Shown: positions 19,419 through 30,900 of the stretch, piece after piece | Layout of the letters: each line of letters begins with the position of its first letter | Numbering within the stretch: position 1 is the first letter of the stretch | Assembly (NCBI GenBank): GCA_043803685.1 | Contig: JAZDJU010000072.1 | Coordinates: 28,889 to 92,888, forward strand | DNA length: 64,000 nt | Source of the DNA: Candidatus Omnitrophota bacterium | GTDB lineage: Bacteria; Omnitrophota; Omnitrophia; Omnitrophales; Aquincolibacteriaceae | Reading direction: 5' to 3' | Translations under genes and position numbers: made by a program | The notes under the pieces: generated by a model | Database searches by the model: none | What the model was told of the DNA's origin: nothing | Seen by the model: only the letters and a program-made list of their open reading frames with translations

Positions 19419-19455
19419 AAAAAAAGCCACGAGGAAAAACCTCGTGGCTTTTTTT
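19419..19455. terminator. Bidirectional terminator between convergent genes
   Basis: A7-GCCACGAGG / CCTCGTGGC-T7 perfect stem. Confidence 0.88.
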
Positions 19456-19466
19456 ATTTGTTCGAC

Positions 19467-20873
19467 TTACATCCCAGGCTTCATCTCGATCGAAGGCGCT
19501 TCCGGTCCTTTGCTCCCGAAGGCCCGCGGAAAAATATCATCCCAGTGGGCGGTCAGGCTGATCGTGAATGCCTGGGAATAAGAGTAGTAGTCCCCGTCGA
19601 CCGAGGAATTAAGGAGCGCCGCGTTCTCCCCGATGCTGTTATTGATGCTCCTCGTGAAATAGAACGAATTGTAATAGCAGATGTCCGCGGTCAGGTATTT
19701 ATTGATCTCGTAGCCCGCGCCGAGGCTGATCGCCAGGTGATTCGAGTCAGGGACGGCGGGGATGAACGATTTGTTGGGAATGGGGGTCCAATAGAACCAG
19801 CTTCCCCCGCGTAGCGTCAGCTTCTTGGTCAGTTTATGACTGACGCCGAGCTGGATCCCGAAGCTGTCTCGATAGTCCTTGTCCGCGGAGCGGATGTTGT
19901 TCAGGATGGTGTCATCCCTCACATTTCCGGACGGGTCTGCCACGAAATACTGGCGTTTATAGAGCGACCAATGAGACCATGTGAAATCCGCCTCGTAGTG
20001 GGTCTTTTCCGTGGGCTGATACGCGTAGGCCCAGGTCATGTTCATCGGAAGCGTGACCTTGGTATGAACACCGGTTTCATAATTCCGGAGTCCCAGACCG
20101 CCGAAGGCCGCGGGGACATTGGAATTCTCCACCTTCGCCAAGCCGCTCGTTTTCACGATCACCGGGCTTCGGAAATAATAACCCAAACGGTGCTTCGGAG
20201 TGAGCTTGATCAAGGTGCCCAATTGCCATCCCCAGTGGTTTCCCGAGGTATTGATCCGGATCTGTCCGTCAGGGCTTGTGACGCCGAACGGGGCGGTAAT
20301 GAGATTGTTCGGATAGCCCTGAACCCCGCCGAAATCCGTGATCCGGTACCACACCGGTCCGGCGCCGACGGAGATCTTGTCGGTGACCTTGTAGGCGATC
20401 GTGGGCTTGATCGAGAACATCTTCAGATAATTGTTCCAACCCGCGTAATGCACCGCCGGATCATTCGAATTGTACTTGGTCATCATTCCAAAGGGCGAAT
20501 CAAAGCCGACGCCGAGACCCAAGCGGTCGCAGAACATTTTCCCGGGATTGACGGTCATATAGCCGGTGGGAACCAGGTTGAGCGTTCCGGAGCTGTGGGT
20601 GTCGCCCGTCCTGTTGTTATCTTTGTATGTGATCAGGCTGATGAAATTCGCGTTTGTCTGGAACTGCACGCCCGGGAGGTCCGCGATGCCGGCCGGGTTA
20701 TACGAAATGGCCGCGGGTTCGTCTGGTGAGGCCGTTCCTGCGCCGCCCAAAGCTAGCTGTTTGGCGCTGAACGAGGCGTTCTCATAACCGCCGGAACCGA
20801 CGGCGAAAGCAGAAGAGGGGGCGAGAGAAATAAAGGCGATCAGGATCGCGATCGACAGGATCTTTTTCAGCAT
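19467..20873 (-). CDS. FadL/OmpP1-family outer-membrane transport protein
   Basis: Signal peptide; ALGGAG...AISYNPAG hatch; GFDSPFG; IPAVPDS; amphipathic beta strands. Confidence 0.88.
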   Translation of the reverse strand: MLKKILSIAILIAFISLAPSSAFAVGSGGYENASFSAKQLALGGAGTASPDEPAAISYNPAGIADLPGVQFQTNANFISLITYKDNNRTGDTHSSGTLNLVPTGYMTVNPGKMFCDRLGLGVGFDSPFGMMTKYNSNDPAVHYAGWNNYLKMFSIKPTIAYKVTDKISVGAGPVWYRITDFGGVQGYPNNLITAPFGVTSPDGQIRINTSGNHWGWQLGTLIKLTPKHRLGYYFRSPVIVKTSGLAKVENSNVPAAFGGLGLRNYETGVHTKVTLPMNMTWAYAYQPTEKTHYEADFTWSHWSLYKRQYFVADPSGNVRDDTILNNIRSADKDYRDSFGIQLGVSHKLTKKLTLRGGSWFYWTPIPNKSFIPAVPDSNHLAISLGAGYEINKYLTADICYYNSFYFTRSINNSIGENAALLNSSVDGDYYSYSQAFTISLTAHWDDIFPRAFGSKGPEAPSIEMKPGM

Positions 20874-21136
20874 GAGCGAACACTCCTTCGTTAGGGTGCA
20901 GAGTCTGCGTCTCTTTAAAAATGTTCTTGATGGATCTTTTACGGAAGAAAACAGCTCGTAACTTGTGTTGTATTATCGAGTTGGGCGCGTGTTTTCTTCA
21001 GCGTTTATTTGGTGTTTTGAAGAGATAATCTCAAAAAATGATAAACGATGCTAGTTAATGCTATATCGAAATTCTAGATGCCTTGTTCTTATCAAAATAA
21101 GGTGTTAGTTTTTTATCAGAAAAGGGAGTTTACGCG

Positions 21137-21343
21137 ATGTCTTCAGAAGAACTTGAATTTCGACTCTCGCAGATCCGGGACAAAAAAGTCGCCACCGAGA
21201 TCCGTCGTTTTCTTTTGAACCTTTTCCTTCTTTTTGACGGCACACCTCCGCCGCATATTCAAACCTACATCGCCGAGATCATGGAACTCGTGGAAGCACG
21301 CCGGGTTCCCGAACGCATACGCGTCGCTCTCAATCCGATGTAG
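21137..21343 (+). CDS. Small hypothetical protein (68 aa)
   Basis: RBS AAGGGAG; amphipathic helical sequence. Confidence 0.5.
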   Translation: MSSEELEFRLSQIRDKKVATEIRRFLLNLFLLFDGTPPPHIQTYIAEIMELVEARRVPERIRVALNPM

Positions 21344-21721
21344 GATGCGGCGGCGGGCCGGCCGTCATAAATACCGCGCCACGATCCACGTTGCACGGGC
21401 CACAAATACCGCACCACGCGCTACGTTCCACGAGCCACGTACCACGAATCCCGCATTCTTCGAAGTACTCCGTACGCCGTACACCTTCCGCGGTCCGCTA
21501 TACACCCCTACTATTGATAGACTCTTAACGCTTTACGAACGATTCCGCAGAAATATTCCGCTTCTTCCCGTTCTCATTTCCTTCGCGCGGAGTTAGGCTC
21601 CTGTCAGCCCAAACTTATCATTGATTTCCAAGAGGGTAGTTTGGACGGCCCCATCCCGCTTCCGGCGGGATGATGAGTATTGGGACCGCTCGTTTTAAAA
21701 AAAGTTCTGAAGGAGGAAGCC

Positions 21722-21967
21722 ATGGAGCATGTCACGGAAACACCCAAGATCTCGCCGCAAGATCCGATGTCGAATGGTACCTGGGTCCAGATCACCTTCA
21801 TCCTTGATCCTGAACTCTACCAGATCCTTTGGGAACGCGCTGAGGAGGAACATCGGACCCTTTCTTGCCTCGCCCGCGAAGCCGTTATCCATTTTTTGAA
21901 AAGAACAAACATTCCGCATTTAGCCAGAAAAACCTCTGTCGCGAAAAATTCTGAGGACCTTCTATGA
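21722..21967 (+). CDS. Ribbon-helix-helix (CopG-like) DNA-binding protein
   Basis: RBS AGGAGG; VQITFILDPELYQILWERAEEEHRTLSCLAREAV; ATGA overlap with the giant gene. Confidence 0.7.
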   Translation: MEHVTETPKISPQDPMSNGTWVQITFILDPELYQILWERAEEEHRTLSCLAREAVIHFLKRTNIPHLARKTSVAKNSEDLL

Positions 21968-24900
21968 ACTTTAACTGTTCTTGCCCGCACAAATTTACTG
22001 CACTATTTGTCGCTTTTGTTTTTGGTTGGAACCAGATCCTTTGGGCGGGGGAGATCCTTCCGAAGGATTATGTCGTTCCTTCGACGCAGCTTTTCGCGAC
22101 AACGCCCGTGACAGGAACGATCCAGGCGATCACAACGCCGCCGGTCAAGACTTTCACAACGACAGACTTTTTATCAAATGAACAGGGGCCTTTGTCACCT
22201 TCCACTCCCGCCGCCAACGATATCACTCACTATGATTACGAGCGTTATGATTTTCAGGATGCGCTTGATCTTCTGAGGCCGGAGTTCTCAACCGCGGTGA
22301 TCGTGAAAAAGATCACGGTTGAAGACCTGAGAAAGCTCGCGGAGCTTCCATTCGAAACCGGTGTGATCGTACTTCATGGGGAGATCGTTCTCTTTACTTC
22401 CGGGGGTAAAAGCGAACTCGGGATCCTTTCGGCCGCCAGTCAGTTGATTAAAAAAGCCACTTTTGTTTCGCATACGCATACCGGAGGATCCTTGGTGACG
22501 GGACCTTCCGAATTCGATCTCGCTCATGCGGGGGATCAAGAGTATGTGATCACTGAGGAAGGTGTTTATGCCTACGATCGCACAGGGCTTCTTAACAATG
22601 GGGACGTCTGCTCCTATGGCACCTACATTGAAAAACTCAATTGGGCTGTTAAAAATGCCATGCCCGAAAAGGATCAGGTCGAAGCCCGGAAAGACCTGAA
22701 CGCCTTTATCGCCGATCAGGATCTCTATAACGCTTCTTCCGACCGTAAAGTGTTTCGTTCGGCAGAACCCCCTGCGGTATCAGGAACGACTTATTCAGCG
22801 AGCGCGATCACGGCGTTATCATCGACTCCTTTAGCTAGCGCTAGTTTGAAGACGACATTGCCAGGGCAGAGTGCCAACGGGACGAACAATTTCGTGCAGT
22901 ATGATTCGACGAAGTTCTCATTTGAATACAGTCTGCCTGTGGAGCCGGAGACGGTGATTGATGCGGACAGTGAGAATGATGATTTTGCGGTGGGACAGAT
23001 CTCGTGGGGTTATTTCAACAGTTCGAATGTCTTTGTGGGGAGCGGAGCTAATGTGGGGAGTCCGTTAGTGATGGCACTAAGGGCGGATCACGTGATGCGA
23101 GCGAAGGTAGAGGTGGTGGACACGACGGGAGCGAAGGCGCAGTTTTGGGCGGATCTTTCAACGGGTTACCAGAATTTTAGTTTTGATGTCAGCGGGTTGA
23201 ACGAGTCGAGTATCGCGTCGGTGACCGTGGTGTCGGATGTGGCACATGGTGGGACGAGCGGTAAGATTTACGTGATCACGAATGGTCTGAGTTATACGCC
23301 AGTGGTGGCGGGGACGACGTATTCGGCGAGTGCGATTACAACGCTACCTTGGGCTCCTGCAGCAACTTCCAGCCTTGGTACGACCTCTGCTGGGCAGAGT
23401 GCCAACGGGACGAACAATTTTGTGCAGTATGATTCGACGAAGTATTCCTTTCAATACAGTCTGCCTGTGGAGCCGGAGACGGTGATTGATGCGGACAGTG
23501 AGAATGATGATTTTGCGGTGGGACAGATCTCGTGGGGCTATTTCGATAGTTCGAACGTGTTTCAGGGGACGGCTGGGAATGTGGGGAGTCCATTGCTGAT
23601 GGCGTTAAGGGCGGATCACGTGATGCGAGTAAAGGTGGAGGTGGTGGATACGACAGGTGCGAAATCCCAGTTTTGGGCAGATCTTTCAACGGGGTACCAG
23701 AATTACAGTTTTGATATCAGCGCGTTGAATGAATCGAGCATTGCCTCTGTGAGCGTGGTGTCAGATGTGGAGCATGGCGGAACCGCAGGGAAAATTTACG
23801 TAATAACGAATGCCCTGAGTTACACGCCTGTGGTGGCGGGGACTGTCTACAATCTTGCCAACATTTCGAGGTTTTTCGCGAGTCCGGTGGTGGGATCAAG
23901 TCACGGGACGACAGTAGCCTCAGACACAGCGACGGTGACAGCGACGCAGACGAGTTCGACGATGTTTAATGTGAATTCCCAGGTGAATGTGGCTGGGGAA
24001 TACACAACGAGTACGATCGGATGGGGCTCATTTAATAGTTCGAACGTGTTTGTGGGGACCGGGGAGACTTTAGCGAATACCGTGATGTTTGCGTTGAACG
24101 GGACCGCCGGGAAGAAGTTGAAGGTGGAGTTTGTTAACACATCGGGGGTGAAGAAGTCGTTCTGGGTGACGCCTGCTACGACGCATCAGAATTATGCATT
24201 TGATATTACGGGGCTTGGGACGGTTGGGATGATCAATTTCGTGAGTAGCGAGGTGGGGACGACGGCGTACACGGTGGAGACGAAGGGGTTGGCTTTTACT
24301 CCGCCTGTCCAATATTTTTACGACAGTGCCGGCAATCTTATCCAGAAGATCGTCAGTACCTATTATGACAACAAAAAACCTGCCACGGTCGATGACTACC
24401 GGTATTCCAACGGGCTTCAGACCTTTCTATATCAAACGACATACGATTCGGCTGGCCTGAAGACTTCTTATAAATCGACTACGTATCATACCGACGGGAA
24501 AACGGTCAAAATATTCACGGCCTATTTCTTCAGCGCAGGTGTTAAAACAGGCTATAACCAGGCCACTTTTAGTGCTGCGGGCGTGAAGACTCAGGATAGC
24601 GCTGTGACGTATTATCCGAACGGTACGACGGTGAAGACTTCCGAAAGCCGTCCCTTTGTGAACGGTGTGCCCACGAATTATTATCAAATCCAATACGATT
24701 CTTCAGGATTAATGATCGGAAGCAGCTCAACAGCCTATTACCCGGACGGAAGAACGGTAAAGTCATCTCAGGAAGATTATTATGAAGTAGGAGTTCGGAC
24801 AAGTAAGAAAAGTTCCTCATATACGATAAGTGGAGTGAAGACCCAGGATTGGAATGTCACATATGACTCGAATGGCACCACGGTTAAGACGATCGATGAC

Positions 24901-27900
24901 ATTCGATATGGGAATAACCTTCGGACCTATTTGTACCAGACGGTCAACGATTTCGCCGGCGTAAAGACCCATTATATTATGACGACTTATCATCCGGATG
25001 GTCAGACGGCCAAGGTGGTTAAGGATGAGTATTACGCAGGGGCGGTCAGAGCGGGCTACAACCAGGCGACCTACAGTACCACGGGTGTGAAAACGCAAGA
25101 TAGTGCGGTGACGTATTATCCGAATGGTACGACCATGAAGACTTCCGAAAGCCGTCCTTTTGTAAATGGTGTACCCACGAATTATTATCAGATCCAATAT
25201 GACCCTGCCGGACTAAAGACCGGAAGCACTTCAACAGCTTATTATTCAGATGGAAAGACGGTCAAGTCATTTCAGGAAGATTTTTATGAGAATGGTGTCA
25301 GAACACGAAAATATTGTACAGATTACAATACTGCGGGTTTGCGGACGCATCTGCTGATCCAGGTCTATTACACGGATGGAAAGACAAAAACCTCAGACGA
25401 TTACGATTACACCGGATCGCGTCTTATTAAACGCATCTTAAAGGAATATAGCTCGGCCGGGATTGAAACCAGTAGCTTAACGGAAAATTATCCCCCGCAG
25501 ATTCTCACGAACACGAGCGGATACGCTGTGCGTTACACGGCGGACGGAAATAGTTACGAAGAAACGATCTCTCTTACGGAAGGTTTGAACGCGGTCCAGA
25601 AGACAGTGAATGGTTATAACGGAACACCGGTTCTGATCGAATGGAAGATCACGCTGGACACCGTACCACCCGAGATCCTTTTCACTTCACCTTCGGTCAC
25701 CAACCAAAAAAATTACACTTTGACCTATACCGCCGACGGTATCGCCAAGACGAAAGTTTTTGCAGATCTCGAGGAAGGAGTCAACGCGCTTTCTATTGCG
25801 GAGGTTGATCCGTCTGGCAATCAAACCATTGCGAATTGGAATGTGACGGTAGATACGATCGCCCCAATCGGTGCGATCACCATCAATGGAGGAGCTTTGT
25901 ACACGTCCTCAAAAGAAGTAGCGTTAGATCTTTCGGGGGCTGATACGGGGTCAGGCGTGAACCAAATGAGATTTACTATTGATAGCGGGACAACTTGGAC
26001 GGCTTGGGAGTCATTCGCTGCAACAAAGGGGCTGACGCTTGCGGGTGCGGACGGGGATAAAGTCATCCAATATCAGCTTCGGGATCAAGTTGGAAATCTT
26101 AGTCAGGTTTATTCTGATTCCATCGCGCTGAAGACAATCCCTGTCATTCAATTTACGTCCGCGACAGCGGTTACAAATTCCGAGTATTTACTGACCTATA
26201 CGGTCAACGGGACGGCTCAATCGGAGCGTTGGCAGCTTTCTGCGGGCGTGAATCCGATTTTAGTTCGAGTCCCGGGAGATTTTTCCACTTTCGTGAGACT
26301 TGACGTCACGCTCAATCAACCCGATATGACCCTTCCTGCGATGCCTGTTCTACCGACGCTTCCGGAGGGTCTCATTAGCGTGACGGCTCAAAACGGGCTT
26401 ATCATAAAATATGACGGGAGCACGATCGTTTCCGTCGAAAATCCAGGAGAATATCAGCTATATCTTCCTCAGTTTGACGTGAACGGTACGCTCACGGATG
26501 GAGTGTTTCAGTTTTCAAATGGCGATAAACTTCTTTATCAAAACTCCAAGCCGGTTCTTAAGATAACGAGTTCGGGAGAGAAAACCCTTTATGGCAGCAC
26601 GGGAATCGTAAATTCCGTGATCGAACCAGATGGGAGTCGGATTTGGTTCAGTTACAGGGTGGACGATCAGGGCCAAGTTCTTTCGGTTCTGTCCCGAGAT
26701 GCTTCTGCAACGAGCTTGTATGAAGGAGGCATCCCCTCCCGGATCCTGATGCAAGACGGTTCCGATATCCGTTATGAAGACGGTCTTTTGAGCAGTTATC
26801 GCGACGCAACCGGCAATCTCTATCAATACCAGATCGTGGAATTGCGGTCTTCCGGCACGATCACCGGTTACCGATCCATTTTGTCCGATGTCACGCCTGC
26901 GGGGAGCGCTTCCCCGATCCCGTTTTCCGCGATCTCGGCGGATCTTTCTCAATACCCGGCTATTCAAAGTACCCTGGGTAACAAGATCTCGACTGAGATC
27001 GATTATGACGCGAACTCGAAAATGACAAAGTTCATTTCGGGAAAAGGAGAGGTTCTTACGCTTCATAATCAACTGCCCGAGTATCTCACGGACTCGTCCG
27101 GTAATCTGAAACTCTTTGAAAGCACAGTGAATTCCGCAGGAACTCTTTCTTCGGTGGCTCTGACACAAAATAGTGTTCCTTCACAGGTTTTTGATGCCAG
27201 TGGGAATATCCGTTCCATTGCTTTGAGCGACGGAACGGTGTTTCAGGTTACGGATCACAAACTCGGGGCAGTCACGCTCTCCGACGGTAGCGTTCTGACC
27301 GATCTAAGGTGGAATGCTTCGACCCAGATCATGACGGATTATGTGAGAACGTACACGGACGGGACAAAGTCCATTTACGCCAATTCCCACATGGTCCGCA
27401 AGGAAGAGCCTAATGGAAACATTACGAGCTATATTGATCTGAACGGGGTCGATCAGCCGGATCTTATGACGACGGCCGATGGCCGGACGTATCACTTTAT
27501 TACTTTCCAGAACGCGCAAGGGCTTTGGGACCGGAAGACCGAACTTGTAAAAATGACACTTTCGGATGGCAGCCGTGTCGAGTTCGAGAATGGGAAACCT
27601 GTGCGTTATATCAAGAGCGAGCAGGTCCAACTCGACCCCCTTAGTGTTCCAATGCTTTCTTCTGATCGTTCCTATGTCGCTTCGGTAATCCTGTCGAACG
27701 CGGAATTGCGTTCTCTGACGATCGACTCCGCGGGAACGATTCTTTCAGGGGAGATTCTTTTTAATGACGGAACGCAATATTTCATCGAAAACGGCGCTCT
27801 TGTCAAACAGATCACGGCAGATGGGAAAATCGTAGAGGTAGAGACCACGGTCCCTCTTTCTTTTGAGAAGTCCATGCCGGTCAAACCGGAACCGCTTACT

Positions 27901-30900
27901 CCGGCTGAGGTCGATTACCGGAACGAATTGATTGATGCGCAGTTCCGTTATTTCACAGATCCGTTGGGGATCGATGCCGACAGCGGGATGCCGGTCGATC
28001 ATTATTTAAGTGACACTCATCAGCAATCGAGCTACAGCCAGGCGACGCTCGTAGGCTTTTGGGCGGAGATCCTGGCGACTATTGCGAGAGGAGATTACGC
28101 GCCTTCTTCGCTCGGCAGGGCCCAGGCTTTTCAAAAACTCGAATCGCTTCTCGCCGAACTCCAGAAAGTCCAGTCCCAGGCCGGATGGAACGGGATGTTC
28201 TCATTTTTTGGGATCTCGAAACAGACACAGCCTGTTTACGATCAAAGCGGAAATCAGACCGGGACGAAACTTGTTGTGAGCTATAGCCGGCAGTTTGACA
28301 ATATTGGCATTGGCGATAACCTCAATCTTTCGGTGAGTCTCGCGAGTGTTGTGGGCGCTTTGTCGGGAATAACACTTGAGGATCCGACGCTCAGTTCCCA
28401 AAGGGACGCGATCGTTACACGCATTCATTCGATCCTCTCTCTTCAAGATGCCGGGTACGCGAAATTTTACGATACCTCGGCCAATCAGTTTTATAGTGTC
28501 CGCAAATTTGATTCAAATGGGGACTCTGCTTTTGATAGTGGGCATATGGATCGTGTGTTCAACGAGTTCTTACCGGGACTTGTGTGGCTCGCGGCCCGTA
28601 ATCCGAGTTACAAACCTGCGCTAGATAATCTGGACGTGACGATCCGGCCCTATACAACGCGGGACGGTACGAGGATCGAAAACGCCGTGCCTTTTGACGG
28701 CGGAGCTTTTCAGATGTTTTGGCCGCTTATGCACGTCGACGAAACGAAGTATCCCGAGTTTAACGTTGCGCTTAGCAACTTTCTTTATTCTCAGGCGGAA
28801 TTTGTCAGTCAGAACGGTATCCCCGGTCTTCTTTCGGCAGGTGACGATCCCGGGAATGGTTATAACGGGAAGATCGGATTAACGTCAGCTTCCGAGACGG
28901 ATGACCCTCTATCGACAAGTGTTGGCTCTCTCTATGGAACAGCGGGTGCATTTTTGCTAGCGCCCCATTACACGCTTCAATTTTTAAAGAATATCGAGGC
29001 GAAATTCCCCGGGGTCCGGACGAACTCGGGGCTTGTGGATTCCATAGCGCTGAGAAACGGACAGGCTGTTTATTCCAAGCAAGCCTTTGGCGTTGATCAA
29101 GCGTCGTTCATTCTTTCACTGCTTGGAACCAGCCAGAATTATTTCACACAATATCTCCGTCAAAAGGGCTTAGAGGATCAGTTTGATGCTCTTTATAAGG
29201 GGATGAGTTTTAATCTCGCGCCTGCAATCGCTCAAAATCCACCGCCGCCGAATTTCGATCTTTCTACCCCGGCTCTTTACAGTGGGATCCATCAACAGCC
29301 GGATGGTCTGGCAAATGCGCTTACCAAACGTAGTTCTTTTATTCCCATGATCGTGGATCCCGAGCTTGGGGAGGGGCGCATCTATGATTATCTGGACCCA
29401 GAGGGGAATTTTCATCATACCGAGATCGAATTCGGAACAGGAAGAGATCTCAAAAAGATGCCTCTTGCTCAATATTTGCTTCTTCCGGGGCGGGGCGATA
29501 TGTCGCGCTTGCTTTTTAGCGCGGTCAGTTTGGATCTGTTGAATGAAGCGACGACTCAGGGTGCTTTCTACACGCCTTCCTATGGATATGCGAACAGTTC
29601 CCTCGCAACAGATCCCATCGGAGAGGTGCGTCATATCGATTTTAATCTTCAGAGGATCTCGTCCCCGGTCGGACTTTATGCGACCTACAATAACCGAGAT
29701 CTGTCGCAGTACGATTACATTTCGGTTCCGGTACGCCTCGGTTCTAATGCTCCGGAAGGGGTAAGCCTCAAATTTGAGTTTGCGGGGATGGGAGAAGTTT
29801 TTGTGACGGGAGCACTGACTCGGGATTGGCAGTATGTACAGATTCCGGTGAGCAAACCCGCAGGCCTTTTGCAGAAGATCGCCGTCGTCATTCAATCACC
29901 GGATGGTAAGGCCGTGAGTGGGGATGTTTATCTTGGGCCGTTGAGCGCTTTCAAAGTCCGGACTTCGAACCAGATGGACTGGCAGGCCATGCTCGGGAAA
30001 AGTGATTCTGAGATCCGGAGTTTTCTCAAAAGTAAAATATCGCGTCAATCCACAGGCGGGGGCGTCATGGAAGCGGATGAGGTTCTCGAGGATTTCAAGC
30101 TGGATTCCGATGGGAAGCTTGTGGACGGAGTGTTAAAGCGGGCTGACGGAAGTATTCAGTATTTCCGTAATGGGCAGCTTATGAAGTGGGTTTTTCGAAA
30201 TGGCAGGACCGTCCTTTTTGAAAAGGGTCTCGCGACGTTCATTCTGGATCTGGCGCAGGGCAAGCTTCAAGAGGGGCGTTTTTATTACGACAGTACCTTC
30301 CGTGGCGAGATCCAGTCCTTCGTGATGCAGGATAACGACAGCAAAAAGATCTATGGATCTGATGGAAAGCTTCAGACTGTGGTCAAGAATGGATGGATCA
30401 CCCATTTCAAGGATGGCAAGATCGATTCGATCGCGCTTTCGGAATCCACGCTGACGCGACTTGTTTTTGCGGAAGATCAAAGTTTGCTGCGGGCTCACGT
30501 CAAAATGAACGATGGACGTGAGTTCGACATTGATCAGGGAGGGGAACAGGCTGTTGTAAGACCCAACGGAGCCAAGGTCTACTACAAGGGATCCCGGATC
30601 GTGGGAATTGAGACTTCCCAGAACGGGAGAACGGACTTTACCTACGCGACAAATTCAAGCGGACAACTGACGGGTGTTACCGCGTCCTTTCATGAAACGG
30701 TGATGGATAGCCTGGGTCATTCAAGTATCGCGTTGCGGACGATGTCACTTTTTGAATATCTTTTGCGGCCGGAGCGTAGTTTGGAGAAGCAGGAGATCCT
30801 CAGGGAACCGCCCCAGCAGATCCTTCCGATTGCTAATATCGCAGGATTTAGCGTGGGGTATCTTCCAAGCGGTGAGATCACCAACGGTCAAAAATTTTAT

